This document shows positions 9,879 to 19,411 of a stretch of 64,000 nucleotides of DNA, in pieces. A program made the position numbers and the translations under genes. The stretch spans positions 1 to 64,000 of IMG/VR virus record IMGVR_UViG_3300020576_003018; one strand, given 5' to 3'. Positions within the stretch are counted from its first letter, which is position 1. Each line of letters opens with the position of its first letter. Source of the DNA: a virus. Taxonomy: Duplodnaviria > Caudoviricetes. The notes beneath the pieces were generated by a model, which saw only the letters and a program-made list of their open reading frames with translations, searched no databases and was not told the DNA's origin.

Positions 9879-11654
9879 TCATTGCCCAAAGATTTTCGAG
9901 CTACGGCTTCGATAAACAGCTTGGTTGGTTGCAACCCTGTGTTGGTTGATGGCTGTTCTCAGGTTGTTTCTTCTGAGCGTAATGTTGGGATTAAGGGTTG
10001 CCCATGCCGTGTCCGGACCACCAGGAGAACAAACACTCAACTGCCCAGCCGTTTTCATGTCTTCAACAAGAGAAGAATAAGCTGTCTGCAAAGCATCAAT
10101 CTGGCGTTGCAAACCCTCCACAACCTTTTTGAACTCTGTCCATTTGATGTAAGGCTCCAAACCGGCAAACCTGTTCTCTTCTCCAACAGTCAGTTCCGCC
10201 GTTGATCCTTCCGGGTTTCTTGGTCTGTCGGGCGGAGGTTGTTGATTCCCGTTGTTGAGAGGATTCAGAGAAGCTCCACCAAGGAAAATCTGCAAACCAT
10301 CAACCTGAACTCTTCCTTCTGGAGACATATACAAGTAAGCCAATGAGTCATTTGGAGGTGCCCCAGCGTTTGCACTGTCCGGGGTTCTGTTCTTCCCTTC
10401 TTTCAAAATCAGAACACTTCCACTGATCGGTTCAACTGCATTATCTGAAGGCAACGAACGCCTTGCAACCAAACGAACATGATCAGCTTTCCCAACAAGG
10501 TATGAATTTCCCGCTCCATTGCTGGATGATGGAAATTGAATTGGAAAAAGACTGTTGGATGAAAAATTCAGTCCAGAGGTTTGCATTGCGTTGTTTGCAG
10601 CGCCAGTTGCAGTTCTTTGGAGCCTGAAGTTTTTATCTCCTTCTGTTTTCATGGAAAGGGTTAGCCTGACGGCATCTCTTGCCAAATCTGGTTCACCTTC
10701 GTTGAGATTTTCCCCTGGTTTACCATTCAACTTTGGTGTTTTATCCGTTTCCAGCAAGCTCCTGGAGTTGAAGGCTGTGAGGGGAGAGGAAGTTGTGGAA
10801 GTGGCTGTTGCTGGTTCGAGAAGGTACCTTCCGCGCCCTGCGACCATATCAATGCACCCGACATAAGGACGAACCTCCGCGGGCTGTAATAAGCCTCCTG
10901 GGCGGTCCTGCCCCAGGACAATCAAGGTGTTGTTCATCCCCTGAATGACAAATTCTTGTGGATGTTTTGTCCACCTTGGAACAACTTCGTATGTGTGTTT
11001 GACTGAGCCTGAGATTGACTTCTGATAAAGAAGGTCGAAGGGATTGGTTGAACCAGCCTGGGGAAGTGTTGTTGTTTCTTCTGTTCCTCCTCCGTTGGGA
11101 AAACCTGGGGAGAAACTTCCTGGACGTGCTGTTTGTCTTGCGAGAGAAGAGCTTGTTCTTAAAACACCATTGATTGTTTCAACGAAAAAACGTCTGTCGC
11201 CATGAGTGAAGTTGGTATCCTCAACCATGTATCCTTCTGGAGTTCTTGTGATCCACTTCCCACTTCTGTAACCAAACTTGTGAAAATCTTCAAAAACAAC
11301 AGTGATTTGCTCGCCAATTTGAACTGGGAGCATGAAATGGCTTTGAAAAAAGGGAGAAAGAAGGACTCTTGTTGCTGTGGCATCGCTGACACCATCAGAA
11401 GTGATCAGAGCAACAACACTGTTTGCTGCGACATTTTCAACAGACTCTGGGTTGACGACCAGGGCACGAAGCCTGTCTTTTTCCAGGGAATTTAGCGCTC
11501 TTGGATTCCAGACAATCTCTTCGACAACCCCCTTTTGGAAGGTTGGAGGAGTTCCGGAAGAAATAAGGTCAACGGTTGGTTTGGCAAGATCGAGAACTGG
11601 TGTGGTTGCACCAGCAAGAACACGACCAACGTTAATGTTTGTGTGAGATGACAT
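9879..11654 (-). CDS. Putative baseplate hub/spike protein (gp5/VgrG-like OB-fold N-terminus)
   Basis: SPFFQSHFMLPVQIGEQITVVFE resembles the gp5 OB-fold motif (P..GE.V.V.F). Position next to gp25/gp6; TATTTA 10 nt upstream. Confidence 0.55.
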   Translation of the reverse strand: MSSHTNINVGRVLAGATTPVLDLAKPTVDLISSGTPPTFQKGVVEEIVWNPRALNSLEKDRLRALVVNPESVENVAANSVVALITSDGVSDATATRVLLSPFFQSHFMLPVQIGEQITVVFEDFHKFGYRSGKWITRTPEGYMVEDTNFTHGDRRFFVETINGVLRTSSSLARQTARPGSFSPGFPNGGGTEETTTLPQAGSTNPFDLLYQKSISGSVKHTYEVVPRWTKHPQEFVIQGMNNTLIVLGQDRPGGLLQPAEVRPYVGCIDMVAGRGRYLLEPATATSTTSSPLTAFNSRSLLETDKTPKLNGKPGENLNEGEPDLARDAVRLTLSMKTEGDKNFRLQRTATGAANNAMQTSGLNFSSNSLFPIQFPSSSNGAGNSYLVGKADHVRLVARRSLPSDNAVEPISGSVLILKEGKNRTPDSANAGAPPNDSLAYLYMSPEGRVQVDGLQIFLGGASLNPLNNGNQQPPPDRPRNPEGSTAELTVGEENRFAGLEPYIKWTEFKKVVEGLQRQIDALQTAYSSLVEDMKTAGQLSVCSPGGPDTAWATLNPNITLRRNNLRTAINQHRVATNQAVYRSRSSKIFGQ

Positions 11655-11679
11655 CTAAGGCTCCTAAATAGCCAAAACG

Positions 11680-12117
11680 TCATCCTCGCATATTGTTCTT
11701 GAGTTGTTGAAACAGATTACCCGTTGTAGGAAGTTCATCTGCTTCTTGCTTCTCCTTGGCTTTGTAAACCAACTCAGCAAGCTTCAACAACTGGGCATTC
11801 GCCTTTTCCATGCGCTCAAGATATTTGCTTAGATGATCTCCATGAATAACATGCTGCTCCGGATTGCCAAGAACAATGGTATAAAGATCCAGCCAGATGA
11901 TGTGTGCATTCCTGCGATCTTCAAGACTGTTCCTGTAAATTTGTTTCCAAAGCATTCTTAGCTTCTCATCAATTGTTGTGAGAGAATCCAAGAGAACCGA
12001 GAACTCATTCAAATCTTCTTCGGTGTCTCGAATTGTTTTCTTGATGTCTGATTTCGGTGAGGATAGTTCTCCCACCAAATCAATGTTGGCAAGAATGGTT
12101 TTTGTTTCCGTTGTCAT
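11680..12117 (-). CDS. Hypothetical helical protein
   Basis: 145-aa ORF coupled to the sigma-like gene. Confidence 0.7.
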   Translation of the reverse strand: MTTETKTILANIDLVGELSSPKSDIKKTIRDTEEDLNEFSVLLDSLTTIDEKLRMLWKQIYRNSLEDRRNAHIIWLDLYTIVLGNPEQHVIHGDHLSKYLERMEKANAQLLKLAELVYKAKEKQEADELPTTGNLFQQLKNNMRG

Positions 12118-12920
12118 GGCTGGGAGTCCAGATGTTCTTTTTCTTTGTCAGCATCGGAAGATGATTGGGGCAACCTTTCACCCTCTTGGATCTCAAGCTG
12201 CTCCTTTGCGGTTTTGTAATACTTCTTCAAAACCGTGAGAACACTGCTCAGTTGCTTGGGGTTCTTCAAAGTTGTAATTTCCCGCAGATAAAGCATCACA
12301 GCACGCTTGTTCAAAAAGTCCAAGTCTTCAAGGTTATCAAACAACACACGAATACCCTTAAATGCTTCTACTTCATTTTCCGTTGCAGTTTGCTCTTGAA
12401 TTAACTGAAGCAGACGAGCCAGTTTTTTTTCGTTGTGTTCGTTGATCAACGCATCTTCTGGTGACAGAGCAACGTTGTGATTTTCTATTGTCTCCAGATC
12501 ATGAGCAGAGAGGGTTTCCCTGTCATCCAATGAAGTGAAAGTGTTTATGATTCTATGGCTTTGTTTGCTTCGGCAAATGAGAAAGTTTTTCGCAACAACG
12601 TTGAAGTATGAAAAGGCTTTGGTTCCTTTTGATGGATCGAACTTTGCCAGTGCTCCATAAAGGAATTGAACCGTTTCTGCTTGAAGGTCATGCCTGCTTT
12701 CATATTGGATTTGAAAACCATAAACGTTGATAAGGTTTTCTACCAGTTTGTTGAAGGCAGGGAGAATTCCTTCAACGAAAATCTTGGTTTTTGCCTTGGG
12801 ATCCTTTTCGTTGTTAAACTCAACGATGGAATCTTGCGTTCCTGCGTTGAAGTAGAATTCTTGAGGAGTTGCGCCACCTTTTGGTTTGCGCTTGATGATT
12901 TTTCTTCCGGCTGGTGGCAT
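12114..12920 (-). CDS. Phage RNA polymerase sigma factor (late, gp55-like region 2)
   Basis: DLQAETVQFLYGALAKFDPSKGTKAFSYFNVVAKNFL matches sigma region 2 (KFDP.KG..FS.Y). Confidence 0.75.
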   Translation of the reverse strand: MPPAGRKIIKRKPKGGATPQEFYFNAGTQDSIVEFNNEKDPKAKTKIFVEGILPAFNKLVENLINVYGFQIQYESRHDLQAETVQFLYGALAKFDPSKGTKAFSYFNVVAKNFLICRSKQSHRIINTFTSLDDRETLSAHDLETIENHNVALSPEDALINEHNEKKLARLLQLIQEQTATENEVEAFKGIRVLFDNLEDLDFLNKRAVMLYLREITTLKNPKQLSSVLTVLKKYYKTAKEQLEIQEGERLPQSSSDADKEKEHLDSQP

Positions 12921-12921
12921 G

Positions 12922-13242
12922 TTATTCGGCCTCTACGTTTTCTTCTAGTCTGATATATCGTTGCTTGCTACGTTGTGTGAAGTTGTAAACCAACTTCTGT
13001 GTTGCTGTTTGACAAACTTTGACATTTTCCAACGCCTCTGTTGCTGCTCTTTTCACTTCGGGCGCATCAAAAAACATTGGTGTCTTCAAAATGGCTTCTA
13101 GTGTTGCAGCCGTTCTCTCGTGAATTTCAATCGCCTCAGACAAGTCGTCTTCCAGAAGAAAAATGATCTTGGCCCATCTAACAGCAAAGAAACCAGCAAA
13201 ACCAGTTGCAACAGCAAGAATCAGAAGAAAAACATACAACAT
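12922..13242 (-). CDS. Small membrane-anchored protein
   Basis: Probable start MLYVFLLILAVATGFAGFFAVRW (one hydrophobic helix) at ATG 13242, overlapping the upstream TGA. Confidence 0.65.
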   Translation of the reverse strand: MLYVFLLILAVATGFAGFFAVRWAKIIFLLEDDLSEAIEIHERTAATLEAILKTPMFFDAPEVKRAATEALENVKVCQTATQKLVYNFTQRSKQRYIRLEENVEAE

Positions 13243-14459
13243 CAGGAACTCCCCAAAACGCCACCAAGGGCTTTTGAGTAAATACTGGATACCGCGTCGA
13301 ACGAGTATTCTTTCTGAATCACACAAGCCAAATCCTTGGCCCACTGCTTCGGCATAGAAGAAGATTCAAAAAACTTCTTAAACCTTCTTTTCGCATCAAA
13401 CTCAATTGGGTTTGCCCATTTCATTCCTGCAAGGAAGATTTGTCCATCAACCCTTGACGCAGGAATCTCACCCAACATCCGATCAACTGGAATGAATTTA
13501 CCGTGCTTCAGAAATTCAAGATGCCCACTCCAGTTTGTTGCAATCACTGGAAGACCACAAGCAGCCGCTTCGAGAATTGGAAGACCGTAACCTTCCCCAT
13601 GCGTCAGAGAAACCAACGCAGCAATATCTTTGTGCCGATACAACCGATTCATCTCTTCATCAGTCATGTGACCATGAAGCAGGTAAAACGTAGGACCAGG
13701 AACCCCAGCAGGCTGAATCTCTGCAACCAACTTCGTGAAAATCCCCTCGATGTTTTTCTTGTCAAATTGTGTCTGAGCACCAGCATTCGTCTTGACAATC
13801 ACACCAACGTCCTTATTCCCCGCAAATGTCTCTGCAATCCATTTGAGGGTATAAGGAAGGTTCTTCCTGTCGTTTTCAGGATTGGTTCCGGTCAACTGAC
13901 CAACAACCAGCAAATTAAATTTCGTTGTCAATCCCAGGTCCAGGTCTGGATCTTCTGGAATGAGTTGATTCTCCATTCGCATTGCATCAGGAAAAGCTTC
14001 AGGGATCACAACAACAGGAACTTTGATTTCTCCTGTTGCCATGAAAGTCTCTTTGGTGAAGGTGCTGGGGACAACAACCATGTCCATTCTGTTGATACAA
14101 TCAATCCAAGCTGGATTGCATTTGTCTGTCTCAACTCCAGCAGTCACTCCGATGTTAAAGTTCCCCAAGAAAGGATTCCATTCGTTTGGAAGTTGGACTT
14201 GGATTGTCACATCGTAGAAGGACTTCTTGTTGCCAGAAGCTTGAAGTATCTGACCAATCAAGCCGTCTTCGGCTTCTGGATCGACAAGGAGGTGTGTATC
14301 TCCCCAAGGAAGTGGCTCGGTTGTAATGTCAAGGTTGTGTTGTTCAGACGCAACCCGAAACAGCCAACGAGCAATTTGACGGGTATGCACGCCGTAACCG
14401 GCATGTACCAACAATGGACCCCTAAGCAAAACGGTTTTCTTTGTTGTGGTGTTCATCAT
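13242..14459 (-). CDS. Glycosyltransferase family 4 (GT-B)
   Basis: GYGVHTRQ at the N-terminus and the C-terminal HGEGYGLPILEAAACGLPVIATNWSGH motif. Confidence 0.9.
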   Translation of the reverse strand: MMNTTTKKTVLLRGPLLVHAGYGVHTRQIARWLFRVASEQHNLDITTEPLPWGDTHLLVDPEAEDGLIGQILQASGNKKSFYDVTIQVQLPNEWNPFLGNFNIGVTAGVETDKCNPAWIDCINRMDMVVVPSTFTKETFMATGEIKVPVVVIPEAFPDAMRMENQLIPEDPDLDLGLTTKFNLLVVGQLTGTNPENDRKNLPYTLKWIAETFAGNKDVGVIVKTNAGAQTQFDKKNIEGIFTKLVAEIQPAGVPGPTFYLLHGHMTDEEMNRLYRHKDIAALVSLTHGEGYGLPILEAAACGLPVIATNWSGHLEFLKHGKFIPVDRMLGEIPASRVDGQIFLAGMKWANPIEFDAKRRFKKFFESSSMPKQWAKDLACVIQKEYSFDAVSSIYSKALGGVLGSS

Positions 14460-14470
14460 CTGTAGGTTGC

Positions 14471-15784
14471 TCACTTGTTGTTGAGTTTGGAGCATGTCCA
14501 ACGTTTTGGCGGGTTGTTCCTAAAATCTGTGATCAATTTGCTCAACGTCCTGTCCCACTCTGAAATCATTTGTTCGTAGCCAAACTCATGTTCTGCGTAA
14601 GCAATGTTCTTCTTTGCAAGCAATTCCTTCTCTTCTGGAGACATGGAATAGACCTTGTGAAAAGCCGCCGTCAAATCTTCATGCTTGAAATGATCGTCGA
14701 AGATGTAAGGAACCATTTGTGAACCAACGAGAACACGACAAGCTGGATCAATTGCAACGCCATGTTCCGAGCCATCCCGATAATCAACAACTTGACGTGT
14801 CATTCCACCTGTCTTCAATGCGATAATCGGTTTCCCAACCATCAATGCTGACAAGGTTGCCAACCCAAACCCTTCTGCCTTCGACACATTCACAACAAAA
14901 TCAACCGAGTTGTAAAGCGCATTCATGTCGTTGAAATCAACCTTTTGAGTGGAAAACACAACATTTCCAGCAAGGCCGAGATTTTCAACAGTCGCAAAAA
15001 GGTTTGGACCTTCGGTATCCTGTGGATCGGTGTGCATCACAAGCATTGCTTTCCTGTGACCTTCCTTCCTCTCCAACTCATCCAAAAACATCTTCCAGGA
15101 CATCAACACATCATTTGGCATCTTCCTGGTTGCGTTCCTGTTAACCCAAGCCCCAATAAACCAGTCAGCACGATCCTTGTAATTCACAAGCCTCAATTGT
15201 TTCACCGTATCCGCTGGAAGTGGGCAATAAACCTCCTTCGGAAACGCATGGGGAATGTAATTCGTTTTCTCTGGGAAATGAGGCTTGACAAGATCGTAGG
15301 TCTTGTGAGAAAGGCAGTTGATCAAGTCTGTTGATTTGTACCAAACATCGTTGAAGGCTGGGTATGGATCATTGTCCCAGACGTGCCAATAAGCAATGGG
15401 ACACACTTGATGCACTTCGTCTTCCATCTCCCAAAGCCACATAAACTGTCTTGGATCAGTGAATAGGAGGACCGCATCCGGTCTTTCATTGATCAGAAGA
15501 TTTCTGATCATGTTTCTATCACCGAAACCGTCAACGGGTTTGATAATGAAGTCTGGATTTACTACAATTGGATCATAGTTCGGATGTTTGATTGCTCCTC
15601 CAAGACAACGAAAGGAATACCTCCCGGTTGCAACAAGGCCGTGAATAAGAAAGCGACTTTGTGTACCGACACCTGAAGTACACAATGGATGATCCCCCAG
15701 CATCAAGATTTTGTGCTTCCTAGCAGGAAAACTTGGAATTTGCATGTTCATATTCAACTCTGGTTTTACCACTTCCGACTTCAT
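14471..15784 (-). CDS. Glycosyltransferase family 4 (GT-B)
   Basis: SGVGTQ N-terminal motif, VNRNATRK, and KAEGFGLATLSALMVGKPIIALKTGG. Confidence 0.9.
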   Translation of the reverse strand: MKSEVVKPELNMNMQIPSFPARKHKILMLGDHPLCTSGVGTQSRFLIHGLVATGRYSFRCLGGAIKHPNYDPIVVNPDFIIKPVDGFGDRNMIRNLLINERPDAVLLFTDPRQFMWLWEMEDEVHQVCPIAYWHVWDNDPYPAFNDVWYKSTDLINCLSHKTYDLVKPHFPEKTNYIPHAFPKEVYCPLPADTVKQLRLVNYKDRADWFIGAWVNRNATRKMPNDVLMSWKMFLDELERKEGHRKAMLVMHTDPQDTEGPNLFATVENLGLAGNVVFSTQKVDFNDMNALYNSVDFVVNVSKAEGFGLATLSALMVGKPIIALKTGGMTRQVVDYRDGSEHGVAIDPACRVLVGSQMVPYIFDDHFKHEDLTAAFHKVYSMSPEEKELLAKKNIAYAEHEFGYEQMISEWDRTLSKLITDFRNNPPKRWTCSKLNNK

Positions 15785-15790
15785 TGGATA

Positions 15791-16711
15791 CTAACTCTTT
15801 TGTCTAACTGCCGATGGACTAGATGCCCAATCCCAATTGGCTCGAACTTCCTTGTTTCTTTCCCAAACCGCCTTGAAAATCTTAGACGAGGGGGAAGGAG
15901 TATTAAGAGCCCCCTTTGGATCCCTCTTCTGGTTATCTTCCACTGAGCAATCTTCTTGACAACTTTCAATCGTTGAAACAAGGGCGTTGATGTCTTTGGG
16001 GAAACAGGTGCCACCAAATCCATAATCTCCATCGGGGCCAGGGACTTTTGTGTGGCTGGGACCAATTCTCTTATCGGAGACAACACCGGCAACAACATTT
16101 TCGTAGGTTGCGCCCATTTTTTCAGCCAGGAACTTTATCTCGTTGAAGAACATGGTCTTGGTTGCCAGGAAACAGTTCGCAGAGTATTTTACAAGCTCGC
16201 TGTCGGTGCTGGACATGGTGAGGGTGGGAACATGAGGGAACTCGCCCGCATAAAGCTCCTGGAGCGATTGAAGGGCATCCTGGTCATCCCCACCCAAAAC
16301 GGTTCGGTCTGCATTGAGGAAGTCTTGGTTGGCTCTTGCTGCTGTCAAAAACTCTGGGTTATGAACAAGTCTCAATCCCGGAAATTGCTTCTGGAGTCTT
16401 TTCGTTGTTCCCACTGGAACGGTTGATTTGATAACGAAAATTGAAGAAGAGGGGATTGGGTGGTTGGAGGCTTGAGAGAAAAAGGATTCAATGATGGAGA
16501 GATTTGCTTCTCCACCTTCTGCGCTTACCATTGGAGTTGGAAGACAGACAAAGATGAACTTTGACTGGAGGGCTTCTTCCAAAGAACACGTTGATCTTTT
16601 CGGATCAATGTCGTAAACTTTTGGATTGAGTCTTGAGAAACCATTGGCAACTGCTCCACCCACAAAACCATTACCAATCACACTGATTGTTTTTTCATTG
16701 TTGCTAGACAT
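15791..16711 (-). CDS. ugd: UDP-glucose/GDP-mannose 6-dehydrogenase (short phage type), with in-frame repeat insertion
   Basis: IGNGFVG Rossmann motif, VCLPTP, IKSTVPVGT, HNPEFL, ELVKY..N and GFGGTCFPKD catalytic Cys motif. Confidence 0.9.
   Translation of the reverse strand: MSSNNEKTISVIGNGFVGGAVANGFSRLNPKVYDIDPKRSTCSLEEALQSKFIFVCLPTPMVSAEGGEANLSIIESFFSQASNHPIPSSSIFVIKSTVPVGTTKRLQKQFPGLRLVHNPEFLTAARANQDFLNADRTVLGGDDQDALQSLQELYAGEFPHVPTLTMSSTDSELVKYSANCFLATKTMFFNEIKFLAEKMGATYENVVAGVVSDKRIGPSHTKVPGPDGDYGFGGTCFPKDINALVSTIESCQEDCSVEDNQKRDPKGALNTPSPSSKIFKAVWERNKEVRANWDWASSPSAVRQKS
15889..15944 (+). repeat. Dispersed repeat copy B with AGGGGG...CCCCCT stem
   Basis: 15916-15944 is 28/29 identical to 27000-27028; preceded by a 6-bp inverted repeat. 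Confidence 0.9.
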
Positions 16712-16713
16712 TT

Positions 16714-16738
16714 ACCCACGACTATTGATTTCGTGGGT
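16714..16738. promoter_or_regulatory. Perfect 8-bp stem-loop immediately upstream of the ugd start codon
   Basis: acccacga-ctattgatt-tcgtgggt; ends 2 nt before the ATG at 16711. Confidence 0.55.
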
Positions 16739-16778
16739 TGTTTTTGTATTGAGGCTCAAAGGCCCCAACAACTGGTTT

Positions 16779-17318
16779 TCATGCTTGCAAAAGCCAAAAC
16801 GCCGTTTTCCAATCTTGGTGTTTTGGTTCTTTGAAGACTTGTTTTTTACAAGTCTTCAGCAGTTCATTTGTTTCCGGCCACGACCCCAATCCTGGGACGG
16901 TTGCTTGCTCATAATTGTCGGCAATTATGATTCCATTGGGTTTGATAGCTTGAAGCGCGTATTTGGCACATTCATCTCTCCACTCTACTGGTTCACCATC
17001 AATGATTATGCAATCGAACAAACCATCAGCAATCAATGTTAAAGGGGCAGAGAGGAATTCAGCCTTGTCTTTCGTGTAAATGGCGTTTGCCCTTTTCGCC
17101 CATTCTGAATTTGAATCTACTGAACGAACAAGTTGGGCGTTTTTTCGCCACCAAGTTGTCGAATTTCCAGCCCCGTATTCGAACACTTTCCACTGTTTTG
17201 TGTCCCACATTATCAACTCCCTTAAAAAGGGACGTGTGTACCACGGAAACAACGTAGAGCATTGACTATCGAACGACAACCAGTTGTCCAACTCAACAAT
17301 CCGTTCTTTGTCAACCAT
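16779..17318 (-). CDS. Class I SAM-dependent methyltransferase-like protein
   Basis: VFEYGAGNST, FDCIIIDG and GIIIADN motifs; probable start MVDKER at 17318. Confidence 0.75.
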   Translation of the reverse strand: MVDKERIVELDNWLSFDSQCSTLFPWYTRPFLRELIMWDTKQWKVFEYGAGNSTTWWRKNAQLVRSVDSNSEWAKRANAIYTKDKAEFLSAPLTLIADGLFDCIIIDGEPVEWRDECAKYALQAIKPNGIIIADNYEQATVPGLGSWPETNELLKTCKKQVFKEPKHQDWKTAFWLLQA

Positions 17319-17802
17319 TGGCAAAGGCTCCAATAAGAATTGGATCATTCGTAAAGACAGCAGTATAGGGAACAATCCCATTGTAAACGAATTCGAAATA
17401 ATCTTTTGGCTTTTGAATCAAATGCCAACGATAACTGGGTGTTTCGTAGTCGTGAGTGACAATAGTGCTGCATTTGCCAAAAAAGCGATTGATGATTTCC
17501 GGTCGTGAGTCTCCATGACCATCCACGAAAACCAAATCATATCCCAAATCAGAAATTTCAAGTTTCTCGAATTCGTTGGGACCAATAGCCAAGTGTGCCT
17601 CCCATTTTGAATTGTCTTTCAAGGATTGATACACTTTTTCGTACCAATCCTTTGACTGCATTTCAACTGAAGTCAAGTGTTCACAGTTCTGCAATAAAAA
17701 CGGCGTTGAGCCAAAACCAAGACCAAATTCCAAAATTCTTGGGAAGTTTTTCACCGCGAACAATTTTTCGAAAACGGGGATGTGTGTTGAATATTTGTCC
17801 AT
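17311..17802 (-). CDS. Class I SAM-dependent methyltransferase-like protein
   Basis: ILEFGLGFGST and DLVFVDG motifs. Confidence 0.7.
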   Translation of the reverse strand: MDKYSTHIPVFEKLFAVKNFPRILEFGLGFGSTPFLLQNCEHLTSVEMQSKDWYEKVYQSLKDNSKWEAHLAIGPNEFEKLEISDLGYDLVFVDGHGDSRPEIINRFFGKCSTIVTHDYETPSYRWHLIQKPKDYFEFVYNGIVPYTAVFTNDPILIGAFANG

Positions 17803-17811
17803 TTTTGTTTA

Positions 17812-18531
17812 TTACCTTGGGACTTTCGTTTGGATTAGTTGCATAGCGAGATCGTCAATGGCTTTTTTGTATTTTACATATGGCCTAAGCAGGTGACTGT
17901 CCACATATTTGCCAGACTGGATCAGACTTGGATCGTACTGCCAGTTGGACCTATCAATTCTATCTTGAGAGTAGTCTCTCAAAGAAAGACTCTTTAGTTT
18001 TGAATATTTCTGGAGTTGGTCGTACAAAAAATGTTCGTCTGTGTTCCATGCAGTTCCATATCGGGCATGGACAGACTCATAAAATGATGTGAGATCATCC
18101 TGCAAACCAAGAGCGGTCTGCATGGTTTTGCAGTTTGCCAAGATATAACAGATTGGGTAGTATGGAACATTCCCGTATGGTTGATTGCTGTAACTTAAAA
18201 TTTGGTCATCTTCGAGATTTGAAATGGGTTTCCTGAAATAGTCAGCGTTCAAAGGCATCATGTCTATATCGGACGTTAGCAAGGAGATGTTGGTGAAGTA
18301 TTTGAAAGCATAAAGTCTAATCAACTGTGCTTGCCAACTGGTTGGAAAGCGAGGATCGGCCTTAACCTTCTTCAAGAGTCCAAATTTGTTTTGGACGAAA
18401 TCTGTTTCTTCGTTTGTGATGTGAAACATTAAAACTTTGATGCCAAGATGATTCCAAGCGATTGAAACGGGTTTGTAGAAATCCAGATAGTGCGAGTTGT
18501 CAGACGAAATGATTGCATAGTCAATTTTCAT
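17812..18531 (-). CDS. Putative GT-A-fold glycosyltransferase (DxD)
   Basis: LTSDIDMMP DxD motif and a late TDE motif; located in the glycan cluster. Confidence 0.5.
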   Translation of the reverse strand: MKIDYAIISSDNSHYLDFYKPVSIAWNHLGIKVLMFHITNEETDFVQNKFGLLKKVKADPRFPTSWQAQLIRLYAFKYFTNISLLTSDIDMMPLNADYFRKPISNLEDDQILSYSNQPYGNVPYYPICYILANCKTMQTALGLQDDLTSFYESVHARYGTAWNTDEHFLYDQLQKYSKLKSLSLRDYSQDRIDRSNWQYDPSLIQSGKYVDSHLLRPYVKYKKAIDDLAMQLIQTKVPR

Positions 18532-18532
18532 T

Positions 18533-19411
18533 TTAGACCTTCTCCTTCAAAATCTCCATTAACTGTTTGGCTCTCACGTCGTAGGTGTGATTCGCTCTGA
18601 CGTGTTCATATCCAGAAGAGGCAATCTCTTCAATCACTTCTGGTTTCCTCAGAAGGAAATGTAGCTTCTCAACGAGTTCTTGTTGGTTGTTGTAAGTCAT
18701 CAAGTGTTTGTCCGGGACAAACAGCTTGTCAAGCCCAGGAACACTATTGGTAAGCAAACAGGTTTTTGTTCCAAGAGTTTCGAACACTCGGTAGTTGATA
18801 TCATCCAGCAAGCTTTGATTCAGAGCAACCTTGTATGAGTTGATAGCTTCCACCATCCCTTTACCCAGAACCCCAACATCCCGTCTAATCGCCTTATTAG
18901 AGGCAGAGGAAATGTTTTCCAACCACCGATCCCTTCCGCCAATCAACGACCCGCAAAAGCCAACGTCGTGCGATTTGGAGGCATGTGGGATATGATCAAT
19001 CAGATCATCGGGATAAGCATTCGGAAACCAAAGACAAGTGGGAGAATGGCGTTGGAAGTGTTTCAGATATCCTTCTGTGCTGTTGAGGTGCAAATCAAAC
19101 TTGGCTCGTTTGGAAAAGAAAACATGTTGCCCCAAAGCGAGATGTGAGTCGATGCTCCAGAACACCTTGAATTTGTTTGTGATTTGAGAAAGGTCCGGGA
19201 GCCAGCCTGATTCATCATAATTCTCCATGACAAAGATCACGTCAAAGTCTTTGATCATTTCATGAAATGGAGTTGAAAAGGTTGGTTGGTTTATTCCCCA
19301 GACCTCAGACTCAACACCAATGCGCTTGAAAGAACGTCGAAAGTTTTCACTTTCACGGAATTCTCTGTTTGCTTCATGCCTGCCACGTTCCTGAATCATG
19401 AGGATCTTCAT
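18533..19411 (-). CDS. CgeB-like glycosyltransferase (Glyco_trans_1_2)
   Basis: DVGFCGS, INYRVFETLGTKTCLLTN and ASSGYEHVRANHTYDVRAKQL. Confidence 0.8.
   Translation of the reverse strand: MKILMIQERGRHEANREFRESENFRRSFKRIGVESEVWGINQPTFSTPFHEMIKDFDVIFVMENYDESGWLPDLSQITNKFKVFWSIDSHLALGQHVFFSKRAKFDLHLNSTEGYLKHFQRHSPTCLWFPNAYPDDLIDHIPHASKSHDVGFCGSLIGGRDRWLENISSASNKAIRRDVGVLGKGMVEAINSYKVALNQSLLDDINYRVFETLGTKTCLLTNSVPGLDKLFVPDKHLMTYNNQQELVEKLHFLLRKPEVIEEIASSGYEHVRANHTYDVRAKQLMEILKEKV

Noticed and set aside
13279-13284. TATTTA motif upstream of the 13242 gene
   Set aside because: It lies inside a glycosyltransferase CDS 36 nt from a start already explained by translational coupling; likely chance.
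13503-14465. 320-aa plus-strand ORF and other long antisense ORFs (for example 1870-2385, 26095-26874)
   Set aside because: They are shadows of well-supported genes on the opposite strand and have no recognisable motifs.
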